Shown here: positions 24,061 through 37,437 of the stretch, piece by piece
Layout of the letters: each line of letters opens with the position of its first letter
How positions within the stretch are numbered: position 1 is the stretch's first letter
Origin: Octopus sinensis
Taxonomy: Eukaryota
Assembly (NCBI RefSeq): GCF_006345805.1
Contig: NC_043021.1
Location: 26,598,001 to 26,662,000, forward strand
Direction: 5' to 3'
DNA: 64,000 bases
Position numbers and translations under genes: made by a program
The notes under the pieces: generated by a model
The model's database searches: none
The model's input: only the letters and a program-made list of their open reading frames with translations
Told to the model about the DNA's origin: nothing

Positions 24061-25972
24061 TGTTATAAAAAAAAAACAAATTTTTCTCAATTTGAAGCAG
24101 AATTTCATGGAAGCCTGGTTGTGTGGTTAAGAAGCTCACTTCACAGACACATGGTTTCAGGTTCAGTCCCAACGAGTGGCACCTCGAGCAAGTGTCTTCT
24201 AAATATAGTCCTAGGCTGATCAATGCATTGTGAGTGAATTTGGTAGACGGAAACTCTGTGGAAGCCCAGTGTGTGTGTATATATAATAATAATAATAATA
24301 ATAGTAATAATAATAATAATAGTAATAATAATAATAATAATAATAATAGGGAGTACATCCAAACTTACAGGGAAAAATTAGATTTAGGAATAAATCAAAT
24401 TTCACAGTATAAATATAAATTAAATTAGAGATAAAACCACAATTAGGCAAATCAAACAGGGATAGACATAAACCAAAACATAAAAGACAAAAAATAAATA
24501 TAATTAATATAATATATATATATATAAAATATAAAATTTAAAATTTAAATTATTAACATTTAAAATTTTTTATATTTTTATATTTTTAAATTTTAAATTT
24601 TTAAATTTTTTAATTCTTAAATTTTTTTTTTTAAACTAACCAAAAAGTATAAAGAAGTTAAATATAATATATATGAGTGTGTGTCTTATTGTTTATGTAC
24701 CCACCCACTGCTTGATAATCGATGTTGGCTTGTTTATGTCCCTGTAACTTGGCAGTTCAGCAAAAGAGACTGATATGATAAGTACTAGACTTTAAAAAAA
24801 GTACTGAGCTCAATTTGGTCAACGAAAATATTTAACCCTTTTCTTTTTTTTTACACCAAATTCCTGTAGAAATACTCTCCCACTGTTTCACTTGATTTTC
24901 AAAATAAAGAAGAATTTAATAAAATAATTTTGTCAGCATTAAACTGGTGTTTGGGACATAAATTAACAACGAATTTGGATGAAGCGTTTTAATTTAGAAC
25001 CCTTCTAATCTGGACGTTTTTGTCATAGAACCAAGGACAATTTCAGGCAGGTTGGTATTAAAAATGTCATGGTGCTGCTCCAGTATGACCACAGTCCAGT
25101 TACTGAAACAAGTTAGGGACAAACACTTGGTTCTTGCAAATCCATTCTTGTCCAATTCACAATAAATGGCCATACTTATTAAACATACATTCATTCTAAC
25201 TTGTGTTGATGGACAATTTACTGATGTTGTTTGTTTTTTTTTTTCCTTCCTTCCACAACCCCTTTTGATCGAATCTCTACTCCCCAGCCCTTTTTTTTCT
25301 GTTCCCAAAAAGAAAAGCTCTACTTTGTATTTCGTCCCCTCTGTGTTCAGCCCTGCTGTATGGCCATTAAAGAAACAGATTAGAACCCGAGATCAAAGTC
25401 CCTTGCACACAGACCTGAATTTTCAGGTTCACTGGTGCCACATGGTGGTTTCCCTGTTTTCAAAATCCCGTTTGAATATTTCTGACGATGCTTCGCATCT
25501 TCTCTTTCTCTTCTCTTCCTTGTTCTGAGTTCAAACACTGTGTATGATTGATTTTTACTGTTGCATTCTTCTGGGGCTGTCATGGACTAAACAGCACTCA
25601 ATGCAACCAGTGCTGCTTCATTACTGGCCGTTAAACAATTAATTTTCTACCTCATCAAACCAAATCAATATCTGGGATGATCAGTTCACATTTAATCTCT
25701 ATTTCAGTTAAGTTACAATTCTTATTGTAATGTATATACATCACACACACACATTTTTTGTATATGTATGTGTGTACACACACACACAGGGTGGATGTGT
25801 GACATCGTCATCTTTTAACTGGTGCATGTTGGATGGTTTGACAGGATCTGGTGAGCCGCAGAGCTGTATTGTGTCCCAATGTCAGCTTTGACATGGTTTC
25901 TACTACTGGATGCCTTCCCTGAAGCCAACCACATTACAGTGTGTACTGGGTACTTTTCATGTGGCACCAGCA

Positions 25973-26016
<44 letters not shown>

Positions 26017-26304
26017 ATAAATACATGCATATATGTATTTATATATACATCTATGCAGATATATACATATATATATATATTTATCTGTGTATATGTCTGT
26101 ATGTGTGTGTGTATGTAGGTGTATATATATGTATATATATATATATATATCTATATAATATGCACAAGCTTATACTGATTTGTAATGTGTGTAGACACAC
26201 ACCCATGTAGTATGAATGCATGTATGTTTATGTGAGTATGCATGCATGTATGTATAGTTGTTTAATTCTGTTGATTGTTTTTATCCCCGAACTATTTGTA
26301 CTTA

Positions 26305-26363
<59 letters not shown>

Positions 26364-26742
26364 ATATCATCATCATCATCATCATCATTATCATCATGAG
26401 TTTCACTATATATGTTTGTTATAAGAAAAAACAAAATAATAATAAATATTAAATTCTTTTATGGAAAAACTAAGAACATCTTTTATATAATTCTGTTCTC
26501 ATTATCACACCATGCATTATGTTTCGTGTTTAGGAATCAATAACCAAACTGTTTAGAACTGGTTGCAGTTTTCATTTAATTATTAGTATTAATATTATTA
26601 TTATCATCATTATCATTATTATTGTTACGGCTTGTAAAGTTTGGAAGCAATCCTTCCCTCTATGTTGAATTTCAATTAGAAATATGTATATAAATATGTA
26701 CATATAAATATATATATAAATATATATATATAGATAGATATG

Positions 26743-26783
<41 letters not shown>

Positions 26784-26922
26784 AGAGAGAGAGAGAGAGA
26801 GAGATAAGAAAGAAATATTGAAGAGGAAAAAGAAGTGAAATTGCTAAAAGCTAGTGTTTGGGGTCGTTAATGATTTCATGTTGTTTTGCAATGGCTACAG
26901 GGCTATATGTGTTTTGTGGGTT

Positions 26923-26929
26923 ATCAGTC
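26923..26929 (+). promoter_or_regulatory. Initiator-like ATCAGTC, candidate TSS for the 27-kb alternative first exon
   Basis: Matches the invertebrate Inr TCAGTY. Lies about 300 nt upstream of the MMME start and just downstream of a (TA)n(GA)n tract. A short motif, so weak evidence on its own. Confidence 0.3.
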
Positions 26930-27232
26930 CCAGCACTCTCTCTGTGCATTATCTTTGTCTGGTCTTATCAGCTGTGGGAAAATGCTGGAGTTGTCCAGAT
27001 GTGTAGAACTCACATATTGACAGCTAGCAAATCGAGCCTGTCTATATGCCTTTTTCTCATAGAGAAGACAGAAAAATCAAAATCTTTAGGAAAATCTTTA
27101 GAAAGGTTGGTGGGGAAAGAGCAGCAGTAGTAGCAGTAGTAGTAGTAGCAGTGTGTATATTAACATTAACTAAGACTGCTAAAGAAAGACAAACAAAAAA
27201 AAAAATTAGAGAGTTAAAAAAAAAAGGTAAAA

Positions 27233-27293
27233 ATGATGATGGAACCAGCCTCAGATTGTGTATTTGAAGAGTTTTCACAGTATATGATTGAAG
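27233..27293 (+). CDS. Coding part of a candidate alternative first exon, MMMEPASDCVFEEFSQYMIE, phase-1 donor in frame with exon B
   Basis: aaaATGATGATG start with an in-frame TAA at 27215-27217 upstream and no acceptor in between. Donor GAAG|gtaaat at 27294. G+AG continues into EASEHLMP of exon B. Confidence 0.6.
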
Positions 27294-30200
27294 GTAAATA
27301 ATGTTCTTTGCTTGCAATTCTCTCCTCTCTCTCCTTCTCTCCTCTCAGCTTGATTTATTTGTCTGTTAGTAACCAGTTGCAATTCATAAACAAAACTCAC
27401 ATAAAACTTATATATTTCATTCTCTTTCATTTGTTATTTTTTTCTGTTTTTTTTTTAAACCCTTCCTTCCCTCTCTACATCTGTGTGCGAGTTTGTGTTC
27501 ACAGTGCACCGAATTATTGCGCATACTATTTACACATACACGCATATGTCTATAGACACACACACACAGTTGGTGCATGCGCACACTCATTGGTAGACGT
27601 AAAACATTTAACACTCACAAACAACAACAAAAATATCGAAAATAAAATCAAATAATTGAAAGTTGCTTTCTGTGGACATGCTTTTGCTAATGATATCTCT
27701 AAGTTATCAATATTAATACTGATGTTGTGATTCCATTGAGTCGAATTTGATGAGAAAACCAGACACTTGTATAGAACTTCGAGTGAGAGGACTGCACTTG
27801 CTGCAATAGTGGACATCTGGCCGGGGTTCCCTTGAGAACGTCTCCTACTGTGACATTGTCCTGCTCACATCTATCCTCTGTGTTTTCATCTATAAATTGA
27901 TCTTCAGTGTCACCTCCCTCAGCTGCAAAATTTCTCAGTTTAACCAGTCGAATAACGTGTAAATGTGATAATCGACCCGAGATGTAATATAAGGAGAAAG
28001 TGCTTATGGCCAGCTTGAAACAGGTTCACCATATTTCAATTTTTCCATGATCTCTTCTGCTCTCTCTAACCTTTCTCTATTTTCACAGCCATGTTGAATT
28101 TCTAGCATTAGAAAATATATTTATCTTTCTCCATTGCATATTGACTAGATCTTGTTTTTTCTATATTTATTCCTTTCAGATCACTTCTAATTAATTATGA
28201 TAATTATCTTGTTTTAATTAACTTTTATCATTTAATGATTTTATACAAAAAATAGCAAAACTTTTTATTTTAAATCCTCCTCCTTCATATACTAACCATT
28301 ATAGGAACCATAGAAGAACTGTTGTGCATGATTTACTGTGTATCAAATGTCATGTTTGTTATTCTTATATATACCTGTATATACACTCTTTGTTTCCGTG
28401 TATTTATCAATACTTGTACACCTTATTACTCATCTGTTATTCACATAGTGTGTGTGTGTATATGTATGTGTATATGTGTGTGTAAATATATGTATATATG
28501 TGTGTGTTTATACACACACATGCACACGCGCACTGTATTTGTATGTATGTATATGTTTATAACAACCTTATATTTGTGTAAAGCTCTTATATAACATTTC
28601 TATCATATTAATCATTTTTCTTAGGTTAGTTTCTTATTGGAAGGCAAACACTTTCTCTTTCTCTCGTTTTAGATTCAGTCAAAGACAACTTTGTTGTTTT
28701 TTGTTCCATTCCTTGATAAAGTTCTGTGCAGAAATTCAGAAAAATTTCAGTTTTTATTCTTTGTATAAATTTCCAGTTAAAAAAAAAAAATTAAATTCAT
28801 AACATAGTCTTAATGATAATAGCAGTGCCCCAGCATGGTCTCAGCCAACAGACTTGAACAAGTTAAAACGGTAAACAGTGCAATGTTGTTGCAAAGACAA
28901 TGTGTGTGTGTGTGTATACATATGTATATTTATAAAAGGCATAACTTCCATGTTCTTTGTTATTATTTTGAAGATTCATTATTTTTGTTCCTCGTGTGAT
29001 CAAACATGGATGAGTATGTGTAGAATAATACAAGAGAAAACATTGATGTATTACTAGTTAGATGACCACATACTCTATATACACAGGTTTTTGCCACTCA
29101 CTCCCCCTCTCTCCACTCTTCCTTCGCAATATCCTGCTACTTATATTGGTGTTCAAACCTCAAAGATATCCACTGGCACTTGCCACGATCTCTCTCTCTC
29201 TCTCTCTCTTCCTTTATTCAAACATCCCATTTATATTCTGACCCCCATCCCTTGTGAGTTTGCCCAGCATTTTGCCACCATCTCTATCCTGATGTCTCCT
29301 ATTCTCTGTCTCTTTCTCCTGCACTTCCCTCAGGTTGGGTAACCATGTATTTCCTTTGTGGTAGCACACCTGTTTGTTTTCATTCCTGATCTCTCTCTCT
29401 CTCTCTGGCTGGGTCACCTTGTACTTCCTCTACAAGACACCTGTTTCTCTCTCACTGTAACCTTCCATCATCCAACACAAGATCACCTCCTCCAATGTCC
29501 CCTCCCCTCTTGAAAATTTTTTTCCGGCTTGCAAGTACTCAGTGACCTTGTCATTGTAGGTGCCACTTAAAAGCATCCAGTCCACTCTGTAAAGTGGCTT
29601 GGTGTTAGGAAGGGCATCCAGCTGTAAAAACCTTGCCAAAACTGACCTCACCTTTGCTTGTTCCACACAAAAAGCACCAAGTCCACTCTGCTGAGTGGTT
29701 GATGTTAGGAAGGGCATCCAGCTGTAAAAATCCTGCCAAAATAGCCACAGAAGTCTGGTGTAGGCTTCGGCCTGGTTGGCTCTTGTGAAACTCTCCCACC
29801 CATGCTAGCATGGAGGGCAGACATTAAACGATGATGATAATGTTTACATTTAGAATAATACTTTTTAATAATAATAATAATGATTTCAAATTTTGGTACT
29901 AATTTCATCAACCCTGAAAGGATGAAAGGCAAAGTTGACCTTGGTGAATTTGAACTCACAATAATGTTCTCAGTAGTGTCTGTTTTTCATTACTGGTCTG
30001 CAGTATGGCCATTTTCCTCCTGACATGGGCATCATCTTTGGGTACCATTTCTCCTCTCCTTAGATAATTAAAATCATTTTTGTTTCAGCATAACAAGCAT
30101 TCATTTTTTCCTGTTTACCATAATTGTCATATTAATGCTGATGTGACTACTATCATAGTCATCATCATCTTCCTCATCATCATCATCATCTCATCACCAT

Positions 30201-32950
30201 CACTATTATGCAACTTTAATTGGAAAATTTTACAAATGAGTCTCCTCCTCATCATGGTTTTGATTCTTGCTGTTTTGCATTCTCATCATAATATATTATT
30301 GACTTGAAAGACATCAGCATGCTTCAGAAAGTAATTTGTTCATTGAATTCTATAAACAAGAAGGATCATTCGTGTTTAGATTCAGTGATTTGGGAGTAGC
30401 TCTGACTAAAGAGACACTATCAGCTTGAAGCATCACAAGAGTCTAAGGTTCCCCTCCATCACTGATTCAAGTGTGTTGTCAACATTGTCTGAAGTGAGAT
30501 GTTCTCCAAAGGTGAAGCACAACATACTCTCTTGCAATCTAGATCCATCCCCACCCCTGTTCTGTCTGTCTCATTCATTTCTACCCACCTTCTACAATGA
30601 GGGTTTACCGTGACATCTCATTATTGTTATTTTCATCACTTTCCAGCTCCCCCTGATTACTCTTAGCTTTTCTTCTAAAATGTGTGCATGTAGCCATGTA
30701 ACTCCTCTACAGCAATAAACCTGTTCTGCTCTGGCCCCGTCTCATACTTTAACCCCTCATCTCCTAGTGTAAAGCTGTCCCCTTGGAGTTTATAGTCTTG
30801 CAAACTCCATAGTGTCCTCATTAGTGTTTGTGTCACCCTGTAAAGTGGTTGGATTTGGGAAGGACATTCAGCCAAGGCAGATATTGGAACCCACAACATC
30901 CTGTCAAACTGTCCAACCCATTCCAGCATGGAACATGAACTTTGAATGATGACAATGAGGATCTCTGACGTTTGTGTTCCCACACTTCTGTGTCACTAAC
31001 CAGGAAGGATGTTTAACTGTAATCTGTTAATGTCTACTGAAGAAGCAAGGGTTTAATAATGATCTGTACACATCCTGTCATACGGAAATGGTTTAGGACA
31101 CACTCAAATCTATTTCAATATTTCAATAATTTAACTAACCAAGTATTTTTGAGCAAAATTAGGTGTTTAACCACAGCAGACTCATTAATCTTGTTGTGCT
31201 CAGTTCAAACTCTCTCAAAGGTAACATGACCTTTTATGTCATCCATCAAGTCCACTCAGCTTGTATCTCGCAGTTTTCTCTTCTCTCTTTCTCCCCAATC
31301 TTATTGTAAAATTAGATTGTTACCCTTTTGTTATTAATTATATTGCTTGAATTTTCTTTGGTAATTATATCCATTTGTAGCTAATTAACTTGAATGAGTT
31401 CAAATTTTACTGTTTGTTTGTAAGATCTGAGCTCAGTGTAAGATGTTGGTCACTAACACTATACAATGGTTATGGTACCTATCTACAATGATATGGATTT
31501 TACCCACCAATAATTACGTCCTCTTGCAGTGCCAGTGCCAGGATATGAAACTATAACACTTCAATTGTAGGTCACACATCATAAAGATTTGATTAGCTGT
31601 GAGTGTGTGCAGTCATTCTACTATTACTACTGCTACTGCTGCTACTACTATTATCATGATGATGATGGAGGATGCGAAAAGCCTTAAATAGAGATGGTAT
31701 TCTCTGGCTGACCCAAAGTATGTCAGGTGACTCAGACCCCAGGGGAGGCACCAAAGCAACAGCAATCCTGGGAAAACAAAAGGGCTCAAAGCATAGAAGG
31801 AATCTCTTTGTTGAGCTTTTTCTGGTAAAGATGTATTGGAGTTTTGGAAAAAATACTCTACATGATTCACTTTCACTTCTGTTTGTCAGTGGTATCCTTT
31901 CCTTTGATCTTTAAGGGGTCAGTGAAAGAAGTTGCTATCAATCAGTCAATCAAATCCATCATTATTTTACCATCATTGAGTAAAGGTCTTTCTTGTATTT
32001 TTCCATGACTTTCAGCTTTGAGTTTCTGGCCTCCAATTTATTTGCCAAATCTATCCACTTCATTCCTTCAATATGTTCTTCTCCATCCTTCTATCCTGCC
32101 ATCTTGTTCATTTCCTTCCATCTTTCCATCTTATTCTTCATTGTCCTGTTTCTGTTGCTGTCTTTCAGAACCCCCTCCATCAACATATTCATCCCCACCC
32201 CCACCTGCACTCATTAATTCCCCCCTCCACTGTGGCCACTCCCAATTACATCTCAATTCAACAGTGTCATTCAGTTTCACTTGCTCTCACCTCCATTTCA
32301 TTGCTTTACCCCCCCCCCCATTAATCCAAATCTTAACCCTTTGGCATTCACATCATTTTGTCCACTGATCTGTTTATTTGTTTGCATTTGGAATTACTCG
32401 TTCATTATCTTTCTGCATTGAGATTTCAGTGATGTACTTTTTTTATTTTTAGTAAGACATTGTAGGGAAGGTGTGAGAGGCTGGATCTTACCAGTTTGAA
32501 CTTAAAACAAGTAGAATTTTTGGGCTGGATAGGGTCAGTTTACATGCTAAAGGGTTCAACTGTTTTTAGCTTGTTTGTTTGGTCTTTTATCTGGTTCCAT
32601 ATTTTTATACTAAAAGAAACTTTGGAGGAATGATGCATTGGTTTAAAACCCATCTTTTAAGACTGAGGAACATTTTGCTTTTAAAAATGGGAATTATTCT
32701 TCCAAAGGTAATTCACTGTTTGATATCTTTTACTTGATTGTGTTCTTATAAGTCAACCGATATAGGTGTAACTGTTTAAAGTAATTGAAGTGGAACTAAT
32801 TCTATGATAACTATAGTAACTATGTAACTATAGCAACCATGTTACTATGGTACCCAAGTTACTAAATGTAGTCATGTAATTGGGTTCACTCAGTTATGCT
32901 CCTCTACAAATATATAGTTGTTCTTTGTTAATGTAAATAACAAAACAAAA

Positions 32951-32993
<43 letters not shown>

Positions 32994-33281
32994 TTACTTC
33001 TCAGATCTCTCAGTCTTATTTGCTCTGGTTGATTCTGTGAGAGCGGACAGCACCCTGTTGTCATGGGTCTCATAGGATCCTTTCTGCAAACTATAAGCTT
33101 GGTACTTGGTTGTTAACTCATCGTGGAAGACACTGAACTCCCAAGCACCAGCCTCAAAATCCTAGCTGCCCCCAACAGAGGAATCCCAATAATTGTAGGG
33201 GCACTTGGAGTACTAACAACCAAGTTTGAGAGCTATGTCAGAGAAACTGGAATTGAGATGAGGGCAGAGCAGGCCCCCAAA
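32994..33281. mobile_element. Short R4/Dong-type 3' fragment with an internal inversion, inside (AAT)n
   Basis: The + strand 33181-33281 encodes IPIIVGALGVLTTKFESYVRETGIEMRAEQAPK. The - strand from about 33181 to 32994 encodes LLGAARILRLVL plus 3' UTR. (ATT)n lies on both sides. Confidence 0.7.
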
Positions 33282-33549
33282 ATTATAATTATAATTATAA
33301 TTATTATTATTATTATTATTATTATTAAGGTGGCGAGCTGGGAGAATCGTTAGCACACCAGGTAAAATGCTTAATGGTATATCATCTGCCTTTACATTCT
33401 GAGTTCAAATTCCACTGTGGTCAACTTTGCCTTTCATCCTTTCGGGGTTGATAAATTAAGCACCAGTTAAACGCTAGGGTTGATGTAATTGACTTATCCC
33501 CTCTCCCAAAATGGTTCCCTTGTGGCAAAAATTTGAAACCATTATTATT

Positions 33550-33990
33550 ACTGAGTGAGAGGGCAACACGCATTATGAGAGTGATGCTGAGGTGCAAATA
33601 CATGAAGCCCAATATACTCATCACACCTACCCATCTGATAAGGGTGCACTAGGCAAATAGGGCCCAGTTAGAATTTTCTTCACGTTTGAGTAGGCCATCC
33701 CACTCAAAAGGTCCCTGAATATGGTTTGTTTAAGGATGATGAATGAAACATGTTTCCAGAGATGAATTATTGAAACCCCAAAGAATTCCTCTCAACACAT
33801 GGCTATGATGTTCTCCCACTACTTCTGCTCGTGATCAGGAATGCACATATCATCAGCCACTAAGGGACATGCTCAACTGGTCAAGGTCAAGCAACTGACC
33901 AGCAGATCTGTGTTATAGAGCCAAATATTTGTTGTAGCTCATTTTTCATACCAAGAAGCCACGAGGGCCATTGTCTGATATGGCATCCAC
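33550..33990 (-). mobile_element. Older copy of the (AAT)n-associated non-coding element
   Basis: Aligns by eye with 35905-36400 and starts immediately after attattatta. Confidence 0.65.
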
Positions 33991-34207
33991 TGCCTGGTAT
34001 TGTATCTCAGCTTTATTTCAGTGAGAATGCTGGGAAGTGCCAGCAGACTCAGGTGACATTTGTTTACCGATCAATCTTCCAGGACCCTGTGGAGAACTCT
34101 TGCAGTTCCAAGCAATGAGGATTTTCATAGCTATTTTGACACATTAATTCCAATCTTTTTGAGCCACATTCATTGTTAGATGAGTGCTGATACTTCAAAT
34201 GTGCCAA

Positions 34208-34775
34208 TCATCATCATCATCATCGTTTAATGTCCGCTTTCCATGCTGGCATGGGTTGGACGTTTTGACTGAGGGTTGTCGAACCAGATGGCTGCACCAG
34301 GCTTCAATCTTGATCTGGCAGAGTTTCTACAGCTGGATGCCCTTCCTAACGCCAACCACTCCGAGAGTGTAGTGGGTGCTTTTACGTGCCACCAGCATGG
34401 GGACCAGTCAGGTGGTACTGACAACGACCTCGTTTGAATCTTTTTACACATGCCACCGGCACCGGTGCCAGTAAGGTGATGCAAGTAACGATCACGCTCA
34501 AATGGTGCCTCTTACGTGCCACTGGCACGGAGGCCAGTTAGCCGCTCTGGCAACGATCATGCTCAGATGGTGCTCTTAGCACCCTACTAGCATGGGCACA
34601 AGTGCCAGTAAGGCGACGCTGGTAATGATCACACTCGAATGGTGCCCTTTTATGTTCCACTGGCATGGAAGCCGGTTAGCCACTCTGTCAACGATCACAC
34701 TCGTATGGTGCTCTTTGCTCCCCGCTAGCACAGATGCCAGTCATCGAATTTAATTTTGATTTCATTTGCCTCAAC
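34208..34775 (-). mobile_element. SINE family E with RTE-like 3' tail and (GAT)n; other copies near 2210, 2720, 4435, 5510, 7580, 8820, 14600, 21048, 25810, 29540, 30830, 37455, 40740, 43270, 45010, 50660, 54800, 58820, 61370
   Basis: catcatcatcgtttaatgtccgctttccatgctggcatgggttggacg...ctggatgcccttcctaacgccaaccac, with internal repeated modules aacgatcacgctc...ggtgc. Confidence 0.85.
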
Positions 34776-35883
34776 AGGTCTTTGCAAGCAGAGTTTAGTG
34801 TCCAAAGAAGGAAATTTGTCTACTTTCTTCATTGCCCAAAACTGGCGCATTTCCCACTTCGATTCTTCTTTCTCTTCAACCCTTTTCTCACCAGGACATG
34901 CTATGTTGATTATCATGCAAGGTTTTCATGCAGCAATGTCAGATTTCCAATGTCTGGTCTGGTGGTCAATTTGAATCATTGCATCCCACAGGATTTTGCA
35001 GTTTTCATTCTTGGCAACTTCTTCTGGGATTTGGTCATACCACGTCTTTGCTTTTTGTGGGTTGTGATTTCCACACAGGTCCCACTGGATCATTCTCGCC
35101 ACATTATCATGTTGTGCCAATTTTGGGCATTCGCTAATAATGTGCCACACTGTGTCACCCCTCTCACCATACATTCTGCATTTGTCACTCTCGGTTGTTT
35201 TATGAATTCTGCACTTTACATAGTTGGTCCTCAATGCTTGTTCTGCACATAGAAGTGCTTCTGTTTCTATTTGCAAATCACCCCTCCATATCCATAACCA
35301 CCAGCCTTTTCTATTTGTCTTGGTGCTCATATCTCTTGCAAACTGACATACATTTCTTCCTCTTCTGACATACATTTCTTCCTCTTCTGACATACATTTC
35401 TTCCTCTTCTCCATGCCATTTCTTTTTTTGTGTGGCTTTCCTCTTTCAATTTCTCTGTCTTTACACTTTTATCAGTTTTGACGATGCCAGACTTCTTCAC
35501 ATGCATCAACAATGGTTCCAGGGTATTTTTTACAGACCACCCTAAACTGATTCCACACAATCCTGGCAACTAATCAAACTTCTTTTCCCTTTCTTCTGGA
35601 CAAGTACAAACCATCGACATCACTCTTGAAATGGAATGCTCTCCCTGCATTGTCAAAGGTTTCTGTCTCTTTCTAGCCATACCCATCTGTTCATTCTTAT
35701 GCCAGTTTATGATTCCAGATCCATACCTAAGTGTTGCTGTCCTCCATGTATTTACTGCTTGGAATTTATTCTTCCATCCACTCAATTTTGGACACAATAC
35801 CAATCGTAGTCTTTGGAAATACTCTTTCTTCAGCTGTTCTCTCATTACCATGATTTCAGTGACCCTTAGTATGCCAAGGTACT
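34775..35883 (-). pseudogene. 5'-truncated R4/Dong-clade non-LTR retrotransposon fragment (CCHC knuckle and REL endonuclease region)
   Basis: KNKFQAVNTW..LRYGSGIINW, DLQIETEALLCAEQALRTNY, KCRMYGERGDTVWHIISECPKLAQHDNVAR, KILWD, IINIACPGEKRVEEKE. The 5' junction lies in (AAT)n. Contains a 22-bp triplication at about 35344-35410. Confidence 0.8.
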
Positions 35884-35904
35884 TATTATTGTTATTATTA
35901 TTAT

Positions 35905-36419
35905 TGAGTGATATACAAAGCTCATATACCCATCATGACTACCCGTCTGATAAGGGTACACCAGGCACATGCATCACAACCATATGTGCGCGACATGGTG
36001 ATCTCATATCAAGATAAACAGCACATGACCTTGCAGGTGGGGCCCAGTTAGAATTTTCTTCAGGTTGAGTAGCCCATCCCGCTCAAAAGGTCCCTGAATA
36101 AGGGTTGTTTAAGGATGTTGAACGAACCACCCATGTTTCCAGAGGTGAATTATTCAAACCCCAAAGAATCCCTCTCAACACACGGCTATGATGCTCCCCC
36201 ACTACTTCTGCTTGTGATCAGAGATGCACATATTGTCAGCCACTAAGGGACAGGCTCAACTGGTTAAGGTCAAACAACTGACAAGCAAATCTGTGGTATT
36301 GAGCAGAATATTTGCTGTAGCCCATCTTTTATACCAAGACAAAACAATGTACATGATAACACTTCCAATCAGTTAAGATCAGAAGCCACGAAAGCCACTG
36401 CCTGGTACTGCATCAGGGC

Positions 36420-36421
<2 letters not shown>
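35905..36421 (-). mobile_element. About 515-bp non-coding interspersed element flanked by (AAT)n, no tRNA head; second copy at about 33550-33990
   Basis: Two clearly homologous copies in the window (for example gggcccagttagaattttct...ctcaaaaggtccctgaata). Both abut ATT repeats. Confidence 0.7.
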
Positions 36422-36465
<44 letters not shown>

Positions 36466-36545
36466 AATAATAATAATACTACTACTAATAATAGTAATAA
36501 TAATAATAATAATAATGATGATAATAATAATAATAATAATAATAA
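36421..36545. repeat. (ATT)n switching to (AAT)n microsatellite; other (AAT)n tracts at 24283-24347, 32952-32993, 33282-33327, 48423-48485
   Basis: Read directly from the sequence. Confidence 0.95.
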
Positions 36546-37367
36546 AGGCAGCAAGCTGGCAGTGACGTCAGCACACCGGGCAAAATGCTTCGTGGTGTTT
36601 CATCTGATGCTATGTTCTGAGTTCATCTATCACTCATAATATTTCTATCTCTCAACCATATAAAGTTGAAGAGATTTTAATTGATTTCATTAGTACAAGA
36701 CAAAGTTGGATTTCATAGAATTTGAATCCAGAATGTAAAGAGAAGGGAGCATTAGTCTGGCATCTCTACTCAACCATTTTCAAGGTTTGGTCCATTGAAC
36801 CAACAAAAGTGTAACCCATGCAGATACACAAAAGAAGGACACAGTAGACGATGCAGTCCTTTAATGTGTGTGTGTGGCCTAGTGGTTAGGGTGTTGCACT
36901 CACAGTCACAAGGTCATGGGTTCAGTTCCCAGATTGGTAGTAAGTTCTGTTTTTGAGCAAAACACTTCATTTCACATTACTTCAGTGCACTCAGCTGTAA
37001 TCCCATGATAAACTGACACTCTCCTCAGAGGGAATGTTGGCCTTCTCCACTTAGGATTGGCTCAGTGGTTAAGGTGTTGCACTCACGATTGCGAGACCAT
37101 GGGTTCGATTCCCTGACCGGGCGTTGCGTTGTGTTCTTGAGCAAAGCACTTCATTTCACATTGCTCTGTGATCATTTCGACATCTTACATGAGGCACCCA
37201 TTGCACCTGTACAGGTAATATTGATTTGATGGAGGGAGTGAGCTTAAGTCTACATAAACATTTGATCACTATAAACAAATCATCTGTGTGGTTGTTCAGC
37301 AAGAAATTGTGAAACCCTTATACGACGTCTAACGACAGGAGAGTTCATCATATATATATATACATAC

Positions 37368-37437
<70 letters not shown>

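Noticed and set aside
24490-24640. Almost pure A/T quasi-palindromic stretch
   Set aside because: Low complexity makes self-complementarity expected; it may be low-quality consensus sequence.
25815-26452. ORFs rich in [12 protein letters not shown], poly-M/H/N here and throughout the ORF track
   Set aside because: They are translations of (TA)n, (TG)n, (CAT)n and (AAT)n microsatellites or of SINE bodies.
36380-36421. Resemblance of cctggtactgcatcaggg to U2 snRNA stem IV
   Set aside because: A short match only; no Sm site or other U2 segments.
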